From positions 1-46,124 of the IMG/VR virus record IMGVR_UViG_3300048577_000585: a stretch of 46,124 nucleotides of DNA. One strand, given 5' to 3'. A program made the position numbers and the translations under genes. Positions 8,177-17,289 of this stretch are shown in pieces. The notes beneath the pieces were generated by a model. It did no database searches, had not been told where the DNA came from, and saw only the letters and a list, made by a program, of their open reading frames with translations. Origin of the DNA: a virus (taxonomy: Duplodnaviria > Caudoviricetes). Within the stretch, counting starts at the first letter, position 1; each line of letters opens with the position of its first letter.

Positions 8177-9259
8177 ATGAATAATACATATAAAAGCAAG
8201 GTATATACCGACCGGCCCGCATATGCAGATTTTGACGCACCGCACAAATTTGAGGCAATTAAAAGCATAATTGCAAAAAGGCTAGTCGAGATCCCGAACG
8301 CGATTTGCTCCTATTCTGGTGGGAGCGACAGCGACATTATGCTTCACCTGACTGAGGCTGTACGCAAAAGCTTCAACCTCCGTCCTGTCCAATACTGCTT
8401 TTTTAATACCGGGTTAGAGATGGACGCAACAAAACGCCACGTCAGCAAGATGGCGGAAAAGTACGGGGTCACGATCACCGCGCACCGGCCCAAAAAAAAC
8501 ATCGTATTGGCGACACGCGAGTATGGCTTGCCGTTTGTATCTAAAATCATGTCGGCGGGACTTGAAGGAGTGCAAAAGAAAAATATTCCTCTATCCATAG
8601 CCGACGAGTACGCAGAGGCCGATGACAAAGCAAGCAAAAGAGCAGAGCTTCGCGCTCGTTATCCAAAATGCGAATCAACAATCAACTTTCTGTGCGGGTG
8701 CAACTCCGCAGGGGAGCCACGACCGGATATACAACTTGTGATTGGTTCGTCCAAGTACATGCTCGATTTTATCAAAGAAAACCCTATTCCGTTCAAAGTC
8801 AGTAACAAATGTTGCGATTACTGCAAAAAGCATGTAGCGCATAACGCTCAAAAATCATTTGACATGGCCATCACAGGTGAACGCCGGGACGAGGGCGGCA
8901 TGCGGTCTGTCCCACGCAAAGACAACACATCAATGTGCTTTTCCGAAGCGTCTGACGGCAAGTACCGGCTGCGTCCGCTCTACTATGTGTCTGACAGTGA
9001 CAAGCAGTGGTACAAGGCCTACCACGGCATCCGCTATTCGGACGCCTACGAGGTGTACGGGCTAACCCGAACGGGTTGTTGCGGATGCCCAATATCGGCG
9101 AAAGCAGTTGAGGATTTGGAAAAGATACGACCCTTTGAGCCGAATTTGGTAAAAGCCGCATGGAACGTGTTTGGCGACAGCTATAGATACCGCCAGCAGT
9201 ACAACAATTATAAGGCTCAAAAGCAGCAAGAAAATCGACACGCGGCGCACATGTCCTAG
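8177..9259 (+). CDS. PAPS-reductase family (PP-loop) protein
   Basis: SYSGGSDS PP-loop, FNTGLE, KCCDYCKK, TGERRDEGGMR, RTGCCGCP. Confidence 0.85.
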   Translation: MNNTYKSKVYTDRPAYADFDAPHKFEAIKSIIAKRLVEIPNAICSYSGGSDSDIMLHLTEAVRKSFNLRPVQYCFFNTGLEMDATKRHVSKMAEKYGVTITAHRPKKNIVLATREYGLPFVSKIMSAGLEGVQKKNIPLSIADEYAEADDKASKRAELRARYPKCESTINFLCGCNSAGEPRPDIQLVIGSSKYMLDFIKENPIPFKVSNKCCDYCKKHVAHNAQKSFDMAITGERRDEGGMRSVPRKDNTSMCFSEASDGKYRLRPLYYVSDSDKQWYKAYHGIRYSDAYEVYGLTRTGCCGCPISAKAVEDLEKIRPFEPNLVKAAWNVFGDSYRYRQQYNNYKAQKQQENRHAAHMS

Positions 9260-9321
9260 ATGATCTTGCTTGTGCAAAAGAACATCGATGTAACCCACGC
9301 GTGGAAAGCGGGTGATACCAG

Positions 9322-11166
9322 ATAGACGACTTTACATACAGTGCCGAGTCCTTCGACACCCCGGAGCCATACCAATACGTTACGGCAATCAAAGACCCGT
9401 TCCAGCAGCAGGTCGCCGAGGACAAGCTTGCCAAATACGCCGCGTCCATCGGTATCAAGTCGTTCAAGCTGAAGCTCCGCAAATACAGGGACTCGCTCCG
9501 AAAGGCAGTCGAAGCGGCCACGGTCGCCGAGAATGTCACTGACTATGAGGAACAGCAACTGGAGCTGCGTACCGGCGAATGGACGGCGGACAGCGGCGGT
9601 GTTTACCGGCATGGTCTGAACGGAATCGAGTACGCCTGTACGCATCCCATCTATATCACGAAGCGGCTCCGCAACATTGACACCGGCGAAGTTAAGGTTG
9701 AACTGGCGTTCAGTCGTGCCAGCAGCCGGAAAACATGGTCAACCCTGACGGTCGGGTACGACACCATTGCCAACGCCAAAAATATTGTGAACCTTGCCAA
9801 CATCGGAATATCGGTTACGTCCGGCCGGAGAGCGCAGGCCCTGGTTGACTATCTGGCGGACATCATGGATTTGAACTACGATTCAATCCCTGAATGCCGG
9901 TCGGTATCGCGTATGGGCTGGAACGAGGAAGGGTTTTCGCCCTATGTTGACGGCGTTGTCTTTGATGGCTCGGACTCCTTCGGGCGCATCTTCAAGACGA
10001 TCGCGCCACACGGCCGCTATGAAAAATGGCTGGACGAGGCGGTGCTCTGCAGGCGTGACAGCATTGCCACCCGGGTTGTCCTCGCCGCGTCGTTCGCGTC
10101 GGTGCTGATTGGACCGCTCAATTGCCTGCCGTTCTTTGTACACCTGTGGGGCATGGACGGTGGGACGGGAAAAACGGTCGCGCAGATGCTGGCCGCGTCC
10201 GTATGGGCGAATCCAGCGGTCGGCGGCGAGTATTTGCGGTCCTTTAGATCAACCTCGGTCGGATTTGAGGTCGTGGCCGGGTTCCTGAACAGCCTACCGG
10301 TCATCATCGACGAGCTGCAGCTTGCCAAGGACCACCGGGGGAAAATCAACTTCAATGTGTATGAGTTGGCCTCCGGAACCGGAAAGCTCCGATCAAACAA
10401 AACGCTCGGGCTAGCATCCACGCCGACGTGGGCAAGCGTGTTCATCACGTCCGGCGAAACGCCGCTGGTAAGCGACAATGACGGCTCCGGCGCTCTTAAC
10501 AGGGTAATTGAGGTTGAGTGTAAGGCTAACGCCAAGGTCATCATGGACGGTCACAGAACATCCGGCGTCCTCAAGCTGAACTACGGACACGCCGGGAAGA
10601 TATTCGTCGAGAAGCTCGGCCTGGGCGACAACAAGACCGCCGCTCATAAAATCTATGAGATTTACTACAACGACTGTATGCAGAACAACACCACCGAGAA
10701 ACAGGCTATGGCGGCCGCACTTCTCCTGACCGGCGACTTCCTGGCTACAAGGTGGATATTCCAAGACGGTGATCCGCTAACGGTCGACGCCATTGCCGAG
10801 TTCCTCAAGTCCAGAGAGGACGTATCGGCTGCAGATCGAGGCTATCAGTACATGTGCGACTGGGTGACGCAGAACGCCAACAAAATGCAGCGCGACATGG
10901 AAACCGGCGACGTGTACGGTCTGATCGAGGACGGCAGGGCTTATATCATCCGGAGCGTTTTCAATCAGGCGTGCGCGAGCGAGGGCATTTCACCAAAAGC
11001 CCTGTTGAGCCACCTGAAAAGCCGTGGACTGATTGACACGCGCGATAAGCGGTTTACGGTAGGTCGGCGAATCAACAAAGTCTTGACGGAATGCATATCA
11101 ATGAAGCTACCGCAAGGGTTTGAGGACATTGCCGATGACGCGCAGATACCTTTTGACAGCCCTTGA
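9322..11166 (+). CDS. DUF927-type replication protein with P-loop helicase domain; probable ATA start
   Basis: Frame of ORF 9787..11166 is open back to 9316; GGGTGA SD then ATA at 9322; HLWGMDGGTGKT, IIDE, ITSGE, NYGHAG motifs. Confidence 0.8.
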   Translation: MDDFTYSAESFDTPEPYQYVTAIKDPFQQQVAEDKLAKYAASIGIKSFKLKLRKYRDSLRKAVEAATVAENVTDYEEQQLELRTGEWTADSGGVYRHGLNGIEYACTHPIYITKRLRNIDTGEVKVELAFSRASSRKTWSTLTVGYDTIANAKNIVNLANIGISVTSGRRAQALVDYLADIMDLNYDSIPECRSVSRMGWNEEGFSPYVDGVVFDGSDSFGRIFKTIAPHGRYEKWLDEAVLCRRDSIATRVVLAASFASVLIGPLNCLPFFVHLWGMDGGTGKTVAQMLAASVWANPAVGGEYLRSFRSTSVGFEVVAGFLNSLPVIIDELQLAKDHRGKINFNVYELASGTGKLRSNKTLGLASTPTWASVFITSGETPLVSDNDGSGALNRVIEVECKANAKVIMDGHRTSGVLKLNYGHAGKIFVEKLGLGDNKTAAHKIYEIYYNDCMQNNTTEKQAMAAALLLTGDFLATRWIFQDGDPLTVDAIAEFLKSREDVSAADRGYQYMCDWVTQNANKMQRDMETGDVYGLIEDGRAYIIRSVFNQACASEGISPKALLSHLKSRGLIDTRDKRFTVGRRINKVLTECISMKLPQGFEDIADDAQIPFDSP

Positions 11167-11168
11167 CC

Positions 11169-11448
11169 GTGGACTCCGTGGACATTTATTTTAACGCACG
11201 TCCACACCCTTCCAGCCTTAGAGCCGCAACGGGTTGAACAGTGTAAAAAATGCACCGTGGACGTGTGGACGCACACACCATGTTTATAAGAGAGAAGTAT
11301 ATGTTTTGAATCTGAAATATATATATACATTTCTCGCTATAGCAAATGTGGGAAAAAATGTCCACACCGCCACACCACACCGCAAAGCATTGCAAAATAA
11401 GGATAAATAGCGTGGACATGCACCGCCACAGTACGGCTACACGTCCAC
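11169..11448. other. Putative replication origin (GTGGAC iterons around an AT-rich core)
   Basis: GTGGAC at 11169, 11178, 11257, 11265, 11412; GTCCAC at 11200, 11360, 11443; AT-rich tract about 11281-11340. Confidence 0.7.
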
Positions 11449-11469
11449 GGAATATGAAAGGAGCACATC

Positions 11470-11790
11470 ATGTACAACTTCGGAGGATGGTACTACATTG
11501 ACCCGGCGGAGATCGTCGCGGTTGAAAAGCACGATAATGAAAAGGCTGAAAGCTATAAATTCACCCTGACCGTTCGGATGCGGGACGGTAAAGAATACAG
11601 CATTGCATATAGCACCAAGGCTGCCCGGGATAAGGATGCCGTGTACATCAACAACGCTGTTGACAATCAGCGCAATAACGCATCCTCGCTCGAAACGGTC
11701 CGGCACACTGTCCGTTCGGAAATGGAGAACCTTCGCCGCGATATCCGGGAGTTGAAGCGGCTGGTCAAGACAGGGGAGAGCGGACGATGA
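11470..11790 (+). CDS. Hypothetical phage protein
   Basis: AAGGAG RBS, 106-aa ORF with coiled-coil C-terminus. Confidence 0.7.
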   Translation: MYNFGGWYYIDPAEIVAVEKHDNEKAESYKFTLTVRMRDGKEYSIAYSTKAARDKDAVYINNAVDNQRNNASSLETVRHTVRSEMENLRRDIRELKRLVKTGESGR

Positions 11791-11975
11791 AAGCAGTTAA
11801 GTTGCCAAGATGCGACCAATGCGACGATTGCTATTTCGACAAATCTCAAAAACGTGACGGCTGTACATATTACTGCGGACTTACAGGGCGTGATGTAGGG
11901 CAATCGCATTTTGGGATGAACAGTCCGCGCTGTTGCCCTAAGAGAGAAGAAAAACCGGAGGTGCCGCCATGTTAA
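11787..11975 (+). CDS. Small Cys-rich protein
   Basis: ATGA overlap; CxxCxxC..C..C..CP. Confidence 0.6.
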   Translation: MKAVKLPRCDQCDDCYFDKSQKRDGCTYYCGLTGRDVGQSHFGMNSPRCCPKREEKPEVPPC

Positions 11976-13477
11976 CACTCCGACCATACCAGACTGAATG
12001 CGTCGACCTGATCGACAGCAAGCCGCCCGGAGCGTACCTTGTCCAGATGGCAACCGGGCTCGGCAAGACAGTCACCTTCGCTTCACTTCACCGGCCCGGA
12101 CGTATGCTGATCCTATCTCACAGGGAAGAGCTCGTTCACCAGCCGCTGAAATACTTCGATTGTTACACCGATTACGAAATGGCCGGACACAGCGCGTCAC
12201 CGATGGCCGATGTAGTCAGCGCATCCGTCCAGACCTTAACCCGGCGCCTTCAGCGATTCGCCCCGGACGAGTTCGATATCCTCATCACGGATGAAGCACA
12301 CCACGCAGCCGCCAATTCGTACCGGCGCATATATGACTACTTCACCCCGCGGCTACATATCGGCTTCACGGCAACGCCTGGGCGCGGCGATAAGGTCCGG
12401 CTTGATGATATCTACTCCGACATCATCTTTCAACGTGACCTTCGATGGGGGATTGAGAACAAATACTTATCAGATATCTTCTGCCGACGCGTCAATATCG
12501 GGTATGACCTGTCTGCCGTCCGGACAAGCCATGGAGATTATGCACCGGGCGAACTGGAAGAAGCCATGGACGGTACCGCCGATGCGATTGCCCAGGTGTA
12601 CCGCGAGATGGCCGAGGGCGCGACGCTCATCTTCGCCGTCTCGGTCAAGCAGGCTGAAGAGATTGCGACCAAGATACCGGGCGCTGCCGTCGTCACCGGC
12701 GAGACAAAGAACCGGTCCGCAATCATCGAAGCATTTACCGCCGGACAGATCCCTTGCATCGTGAATGTGATGGTATTCACCGAAGGCACCGACATTCCAC
12801 GCGTTGAGACGATCATCATTGCAAGGCCGACGCAGAACGATTCGCTCTACACGCAGATGGTTGGCCGAGGGCTCCGGCTTTATCCCGGCAAGACGCGGCT
12901 TAACCTGATCGACTGTGTTGGCGTCACCGGCCGGGCGTCACTCTGTACGGCTCCGACGCTCCTGGGCATTGACATGTCGGACGTACCGGCTCGGATGGCT
13001 GAGAAGGTGCAGGGTGATTTGTTTGATCTGCCTCTGAAAGCTGCAGCCGCATCTGATGTACCGGAAAGCTGGATTAAGAACGTCGCTATCGTCGATCTGT
13101 GGGCGAAGGAGCAGAAGTACCGGACGCATGATGTCAACTGGTTCAAGATGCCGGACGGCTCCATGGCCTGCAGCCTGCCCGAGCGCGTATCAATCAAGAT
13201 CGGGCCGATGGACGAACTTGGCCGCGCGGAGTTCATGGGCGTTCGGTACCCGATGCAGGGTGCGCTTGATGCGGCGCTCTTATACCTAGAGGAACGGTAC
13301 GGCCATCAGCGGGCGTTGTGGGACAACCGGATCGTCCAAAAGTGGGGTAAGGCGCCAGCTTCACCGGCTCAGCTCGCTATAATCCAGAAGCGGTGCAAGG
13401 GGTTTGATTCTGCGGGGTTGTCCAAGGCGCAGGCTGGAATGATTTTGAATCGGATTTTGGGAGGGAAGGCAGGATGA
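11969..13477 (+). CDS. SF2 DEAD/DEAH-box helicase
   Basis: LRPYQ, MATGLGKT, DEAHH, TATP, TEGTDIP, QMVGRGLR. Confidence 0.92.
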   Translation: MLTLRPYQTECVDLIDSKPPGAYLVQMATGLGKTVTFASLHRPGRMLILSHREELVHQPLKYFDCYTDYEMAGHSASPMADVVSASVQTLTRRLQRFAPDEFDILITDEAHHAAANSYRRIYDYFTPRLHIGFTATPGRGDKVRLDDIYSDIIFQRDLRWGIENKYLSDIFCRRVNIGYDLSAVRTSHGDYAPGELEEAMDGTADAIAQVYREMAEGATLIFAVSVKQAEEIATKIPGAAVVTGETKNRSAIIEAFTAGQIPCIVNVMVFTEGTDIPRVETIIIARPTQNDSLYTQMVGRGLRLYPGKTRLNLIDCVGVTGRASLCTAPTLLGIDMSDVPARMAEKVQGDLFDLPLKAAAASDVPESWIKNVAIVDLWAKEQKYRTHDVNWFKMPDGSMACSLPERVSIKIGPMDELGRAEFMGVRYPMQGALDAALLYLEERYGHQRALWDNRIVQKWGKAPASPAQLAIIQKRCKGFDSAGLSKAQAGMILNRILGGKAG

Positions 13478-13860
13478 ACGATAACGATATCGTACAGGCG
13501 CTGCGGGAAGCGCTTTTGATATGGACAGCCGTTACTGAACATGTCGTTTCTGAATGCGTAAGTTGTTCAGCGGCGGAGATTGCTGATATGGCACTTGCCG
13601 CAGTCACCATCATCGAACGGCAAGCCGCCGAACTGGACAAGCTGCGTAAGGCGACACGCTGGATACCGGTGACGGAACGATTGCCGGAGTTGCCGAAAGA
13701 CCTCTATGTTGATGACGAGTACAACGTGATAATTGCCGGGTTTAATGTCCCAACAACACTATACTACGTTGCACGTGATGAGTGGCGCGATCGAGATGGA
13801 AACTTTTATGCTGTCTCCCACTGGTTGCCGCTGCCGAAACCGCCAAAGGAGGCGCCATGA
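13474..13860 (+). CDS. DUF551-like phage protein
   Basis: WIPVTERLPE ... VSHWLPLPKPP. Confidence 0.75.
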   Translation: MNDNDIVQALREALLIWTAVTEHVVSECVSCSAAEIADMALAAVTIIERQAAELDKLRKATRWIPVTERLPELPKDLYVDDEYNVIIAGFNVPTTLYYVARDEWRDRDGNFYAVSHWLPLPKPPKEAP

Positions 13861-14087
13861 TAGACGCACAAATTTCCCTGGTTGATGAAGACCGCCCAAA
13901 GGAGTGTTGCTATTCCTGCGTAAACTTTTCGGAATTAAAAGAGCCGCGGGCGTTGGAGCCGGAAGGATCTATTTACGGTTACTGCTTCAAAAGTGGCACG
14001 AAACCCCACAGTTTGAACATGGGCAAAGGGTACGCCGTGTATGTGTCGGAAGGTAAATGCCGAGAATTCAGGAGAAAGAAGCCATGA
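13857..14087 (+). CDS. Small Cys-rich protein
   Basis: AAGGAGG RBS and ATGA overlap; CCYSC..YGYC..C. Confidence 0.6.
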   Translation: MIDAQISLVDEDRPKECCYSCVNFSELKEPRALEPEGSIYGYCFKSGTKPHSLNMGKGYAVYVSEGKCREFRRKKP

Positions 14088-14479
14088 AAACAACCATCAA
14101 GCTCCTGTCCAACCCCGTCACCGAGCACCATCACCAAGTCAATGTCATCCGCTGGTCCATGCTCCACCGCACCGAATATCCCGTTCTGAAGCTGCTGCAC
14201 CATGTACCCAACGGAGGCACCCGGGATACGGTCGAGGCGGCCCGGTTGAAAGATGCCGGAGTCAAGCCGGGCGTCCCGGACCTGTGCCTGCCGGTCGCCC
14301 GATGGGGATATCACGGAATGTACATAGAAATGAAGAAGCCGGACGGCAAGGAAGAACCGGAACAGAAATGGTGGCACGACGAGCTGACCGAACAGCGTTA
14401 CTGCGTTCGGACCTGCTACAGCTGGGAAGATGCGGTGCAGCTGATAATGTGGTATTTGAGTGAGAAGGTGTATCAATGA
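14084..14479 (+). CDS. VRR-NUC nuclease (resolvase-like)
   Basis: HVPNGG..GVKPGVPDL..YIEMK..EQKWW. Confidence 0.88.
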   Translation: MKTTIKLLSNPVTEHHHQVNVIRWSMLHRTEYPVLKLLHHVPNGGTRDTVEAARLKDAGVKPGVPDLCLPVARWGYHGMYIEMKKPDGKEEPEQKWWHDELTEQRYCVRTCYSWEDAVQLIMWYLSEKVYQ

Positions 14480-14829
14480 ATGAAAAATTAAAGCCGTGTC
14501 CGTTCTGCGGCGGCGAGGCCGAGTTTGTCCGAGGCAACAGGAAGATCAATGGCTGCTATACGGATGTCGTGAAGGTTGTCTGTAAGTCGTGCCAGTCTAG
14601 TAGCGAACGGGTTATTTACAATAAGAAAAAGCAAGGGGGAACAGGCGAATACTCGGAGGCCGCCGCTCTCTGGAACCGCCGCACACCCGATATAGTGCGG
14701 TGCGGTGAGTGCGACAAGCTGATGACCTTCGACTGTATGTTGTGCAGCTTTGACAACGAAGGATTCTGTACTGGCGGCCCTGATGACGACCAGTTCTGTT
14801 CTTTCGGGCAGCGGAGGGTATCATCATGA
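14476..14829 (+). CDS. Lar-family restriction-alleviation-like protein
   Basis: LKPCPFCGGEA..C..C..AAALWNRR, plus a second Cys-rich module. Confidence 0.75.
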   Translation: MNEKLKPCPFCGGEAEFVRGNRKINGCYTDVVKVVCKSCQSSSERVIYNKKKQGGTGEYSEAAALWNRRTPDIVRCGECDKLMTFDCMLCSFDNEGFCTGGPDDDQFCSFGQRRVSS

Positions 14830-15011
14830 ATAACCCACCCCACGTCAACCTGTGCGACAACTGCCAGCTCCTGTACGAAGCCGGCTTCACCGTTAAGAAG
14901 GGCCAGACCGTTACGAATTTCGTTTGCTCGGGCTGCGGCAAGCGAATGTCAGTCGGGAAGAAGTGTCAGCTCACGCCGAAGAGGAAGGATGAGAATCATG
15001 CCGGGCGATGA
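14826..15011 (+). CDS. Small zinc-ribbon protein
   Basis: CDNC..CSGC; coupled to the upstream gene. Confidence 0.55.
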   Translation: MNNPPHVNLCDNCQLLYEAGFTVKKGQTVTNFVCSGCGKRMSVGKKCQLTPKRKDENHAGR

Positions 15012-15309
15012 CCGTTGCGTCTGTTGTGGCGAATATGTACCGGAGGGCCGCCAAGTCTGTGCGGCGTGTGAAGGAGGGGTGACGCGCATGTCAGCAGCAC
15101 AACGGCCAGGCATCGTCTGTCCATATTACAAATTCGATAAGGATGGGCAGCTCGTCTGCGAGGCCGGCAAGCTCGAAATGCTCCGGGATAAGAAGCTCCA
15201 GGCCGATTACATCAACGGGTATTGCGCCAGTATGAACTTTTCGCATTGCACCATGGCCAGGGCGTTGACTCGGCATTATGAAAGCGCATCAAAAAATTTA
15301 GATAAATGA
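14998..15309 (+). CDS. Cys-rich protein with an in-frame internal start at 15088
   Basis: CVCCGEYVPEGRQVCAAC ribbon, then AAGGAGG and ATG 15088 beginning a CPYY..CE..YC..C domain. Confidence 0.6.
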   Translation: MPGDDRCVCCGEYVPEGRQVCAACEGGVTRMSAAQRPGIVCPYYKFDKDGQLVCEAGKLEMLRDKKLQADYINGYCASMNFSHCTMARALTRHYESASKNLDK

Positions 15310-15321
15310 AAGGTGATACCC

Positions 15322-15807
15322 ATGAAACAGTACATCGGCACAAAGATCATCAGTGCAGAACCCGTGAACCTCATTGATGCAGAATCGCGTCTCGGCCGCA
15401 AGATAAAACCTGGTAATGAGCCGGGATATCTGGTCGAATATGAGGACGGATATGTCTCGTGGTCCCCGAAAGATGTTTTCGTGAAAGCATACCGGCCCAC
15501 TGACGGCATGACGTTCGGGCTTGCCATAGAAGCGATGCGGGCAGGCAACAAGGTCGCCCGGACCGGGTGGAATGGCATCGAGCAGGGGAAGACACTGTTT
15601 ATCGTCTACATGGAGCCGCTTTACCTGCCGCCGTATAACACAACGGACACGGCCCGGAAAGTCAATGACAGGACGGCGCGGTGGATCGGAGAGGAAACGC
15701 CCCTTGACTCACAGGCTTATTTTGCCCTGTTCAATAACGGTAAGTGGCAACCCGGCTGGGTACCGTCAGTATCTGACTGTCTGGCCGACGACTGGATGAT
15801 CGTATAA
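15322..15807 (+). CDS. DUF2829/Tad2-like anti-defence sponge fused to an N-terminal YIGTK domain
   Basis: C-terminal half MTFGLAIEAMRAGNKVARTGWNG...WVPSVSDCLADDW is the DUF2829 signature. Confidence 0.75.
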   Translation: MKQYIGTKIISAEPVNLIDAESRLGRKIKPGNEPGYLVEYEDGYVSWSPKDVFVKAYRPTDGMTFGLAIEAMRAGNKVARTGWNGIEQGKTLFIVYMEPLYLPPYNTTDTARKVNDRTARWIGEETPLDSQAYFALFNNGKWQPGWVPSVSDCLADDWMIV

Positions 15808-15822
15808 CCACCCCAACACACA

Positions 15823-15854
15823 ACAAAGCCCGGCCTACTCAGGCCGGGCTTTGT
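15823..15854. terminator. Bidirectional intrinsic terminator ending the early operon
   Basis: Perfect 14-bp stem ACAAAGCCCGGCCT-ACTC-AGGCCGGGCTTTGT between convergent genes. Confidence 0.88.
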
Positions 15855-15865
15855 AATTACCGTAT

Positions 15866-16087
15866 TTATGGTAGCGGCGTTTCGCTTTCCTGCCGTCGTT
15901 TTTCCGCTTCCTCCTGCATCTTCTCAATCGTAGCGCACAGGTTGGCCACGATCAGGAGCACGTCGGCGCCTTCATTCAACGCATTGACCGAACGGCGGAA
16001 ATACGCATTGTCGCGGTACAGCTTGGATTCTTCGGGCATCAGGACTTGCATCAGGTCGACATTGTTGATTGCGATTTGCTCTCTCAT
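15866..16087 (-). CDS. Hypothetical protein co-transcribed with the HTH gene
   Basis: GGAGG RBS and ATGA overlap with 16084..16299. Confidence 0.7.
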   Translation of the reverse strand: MREQIAINNVDLMQVLMPEESKLYRDNAYFRRSVNALNEGADVLLIVANLCATIEKMQEEAEKRRQESETPLP

Positions 16088-16299
16088 ATCGTTTTATCCT
16101 CCACATACTCCATAATGTCCCCAGGTTGGCACCCGAGGAAACTGCACAGGCGCTCTATTGTCCGAGTGTCGATGCTGCCGGTTCCGTCCTTCATCTTCTG
16201 AAGGGCAGACTGCGAAATGATATTTTTTTGCCTTATGTCATATTTGCTTATCCCGCGTTCTTTGAGCAGGGCAAAAAGCTTGTCGTACCTGCACCCCAC
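16084..16299 (-). CDS. Cro/C1-type (HTH_26-like) regulator
   Basis: YDKLFALLKERGISKYDI..TIERLCSFLGCQPGDIMEYV. Confidence 0.85.
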   Translation of the reverse strand: MGCRYDKLFALLKERGISKYDIRQKNIISQSALQKMKDGTGSIDTRTIERLCSFLGCQPGDIMEYVEDKTI

Positions 16300-16320
16300 G
16301 GCCTCACCACCTTCCGATAA

Positions 16321-16428
16321 ATTATATCATAACCACTGCACGAAAGCTAGTGTATAAGCTAAATAATAGAAAAAAGTGGAAGTTTGTGCAAAATGACGAT
16401 TGACTATACACGAAAGAGCGTGTATATT
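16321..16428. promoter_or_regulatory. Divergent promoters with two palindromic operators
   Basis: Rightward TTGACT(16400)-17-TATATT(16423); leftward TGnTATAAT (16329-16321); TATACACG-N6-CGTGTATA at 16405-16426 and a variant at 16337-16356. Confidence 0.7.
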
Positions 16429-16482
16429 GACCTCAAACAGGGGCGATTATTGTACATTGAAAATTTGAAAGGAATAAGCGAT

Positions 16483-16797
16483 ATGTTTGAAGGAGCATTG
16501 CACGATCACCCATCGTGGGCCAGACCCAAATGGCAGGCCGGGGCAACAATCACAGAGAGCATGGAACATATCAGGATCGAGGGGCACACCGGCACATGGT
16601 ATGTCATCGACAGCGGGAAGTTCTACAATCACGGATTCGGTTCAGCACCTCACTACTTCTTCCTGCTTGAGCACGAGGAGTATGGTGATGAAGCGGCCAG
16701 CCTGATCGTTGATGATGAGGGCGAGATCATTCTGGACGATGTATGGAACGGCTTCAACGACTTGGAAGACGAAGGATGGGAGAGGGTTGACGTATGA
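16483..16797 (+). CDS. Small, very acidic protein; candidate anti-defence factor
   Basis: AAAGGA RBS; GTWYVID..FLLEHEEYGDEAASLIVDDEGEIILDDVWNGFNDL. Confidence 0.7.
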   Translation: MFEGALHDHPSWARPKWQAGATITESMEHIRIEGHTGTWYVIDSGKFYNHGFGSAPHYFFLLEHEEYGDEAASLIVDDEGEIILDDVWNGFNDLEDEGWERVDV

Positions 16798-16976
16798 CAT
16801 ATCCTGAAGCGGTCCAGGCCGCGAGAGCCGTAACCACCTACGAGGAAGTCGACGCTTTATGCAAGGCTATTGAAGAAGAGTATGAAACGATAAGCGATTC
16901 TCAGTATTATGCGATTAGGAACATAGCCATCAACGCGGCGTACAAAGCGCTTTGTGAAAAGGAGAAGGACACATGA
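16794..16976 (+). CDS. Small acidic helical protein
   Basis: ATGA overlap with GAGGG upstream; 60 aa. Confidence 0.65.
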   Translation: MTYPEAVQAARAVTTYEEVDALCKAIEEEYETISDSQYYAIRNIAINAAYKALCEKEKDT

Positions 16977-17197
16977 CATTCAAAGAAGCTGTCACCGGCG
17001 ACATACCGGTTATGACTGACCGGAAGATAAGAGAATCATTCGAAGTAGTAGCCGTTAACCAGCGCAAAGGTATATGGAAGATTGGCAAGATGGACGGCGC
17101 GGCATTTATGTGGATGGGAATGCCGTGGACAGGTTTCGATGACTTACCGGTTTATGATTGGACACACACAGACAAGACGATGCTGATTATTTTGTAA
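16973..17197 (+). CDS. Hypothetical protein
   Basis: AAGGA RBS and ATGA overlap; 74 aa. Confidence 0.65.
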   Translation: MTFKEAVTGDIPVMTDRKIRESFEVVAVNQRKGIWKIGKMDGAAFMWMGMPWTGFDDLPVYDWTHTDKTMLIIL

Positions 17198-17289
17198 AGG
17201 AGCTTTCACATCATGACAAACCACACCACACACCGGCTCAGATCGCCACCATGAGAGCCCAGCGCCAGACACAGACAGCCCAGCACCTT

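Noticed and set aside
9240-9315. Possible frameshift at the end of the PAPS-reductase-like gene (MS* versus MSLDDL...)
   Set aside because: All catalytic motifs are upstream and intact; cannot be supported without homologues.
9312-9542. 76-aa ORF before the helicase
   Set aside because: Its GTG is part of the SD sequence; the other frame is continuous with the DUF927 gene.
11169-11448. CRISPR array
   Set aside because: Repeats are only 6 bp, irregularly spaced and in both orientations.
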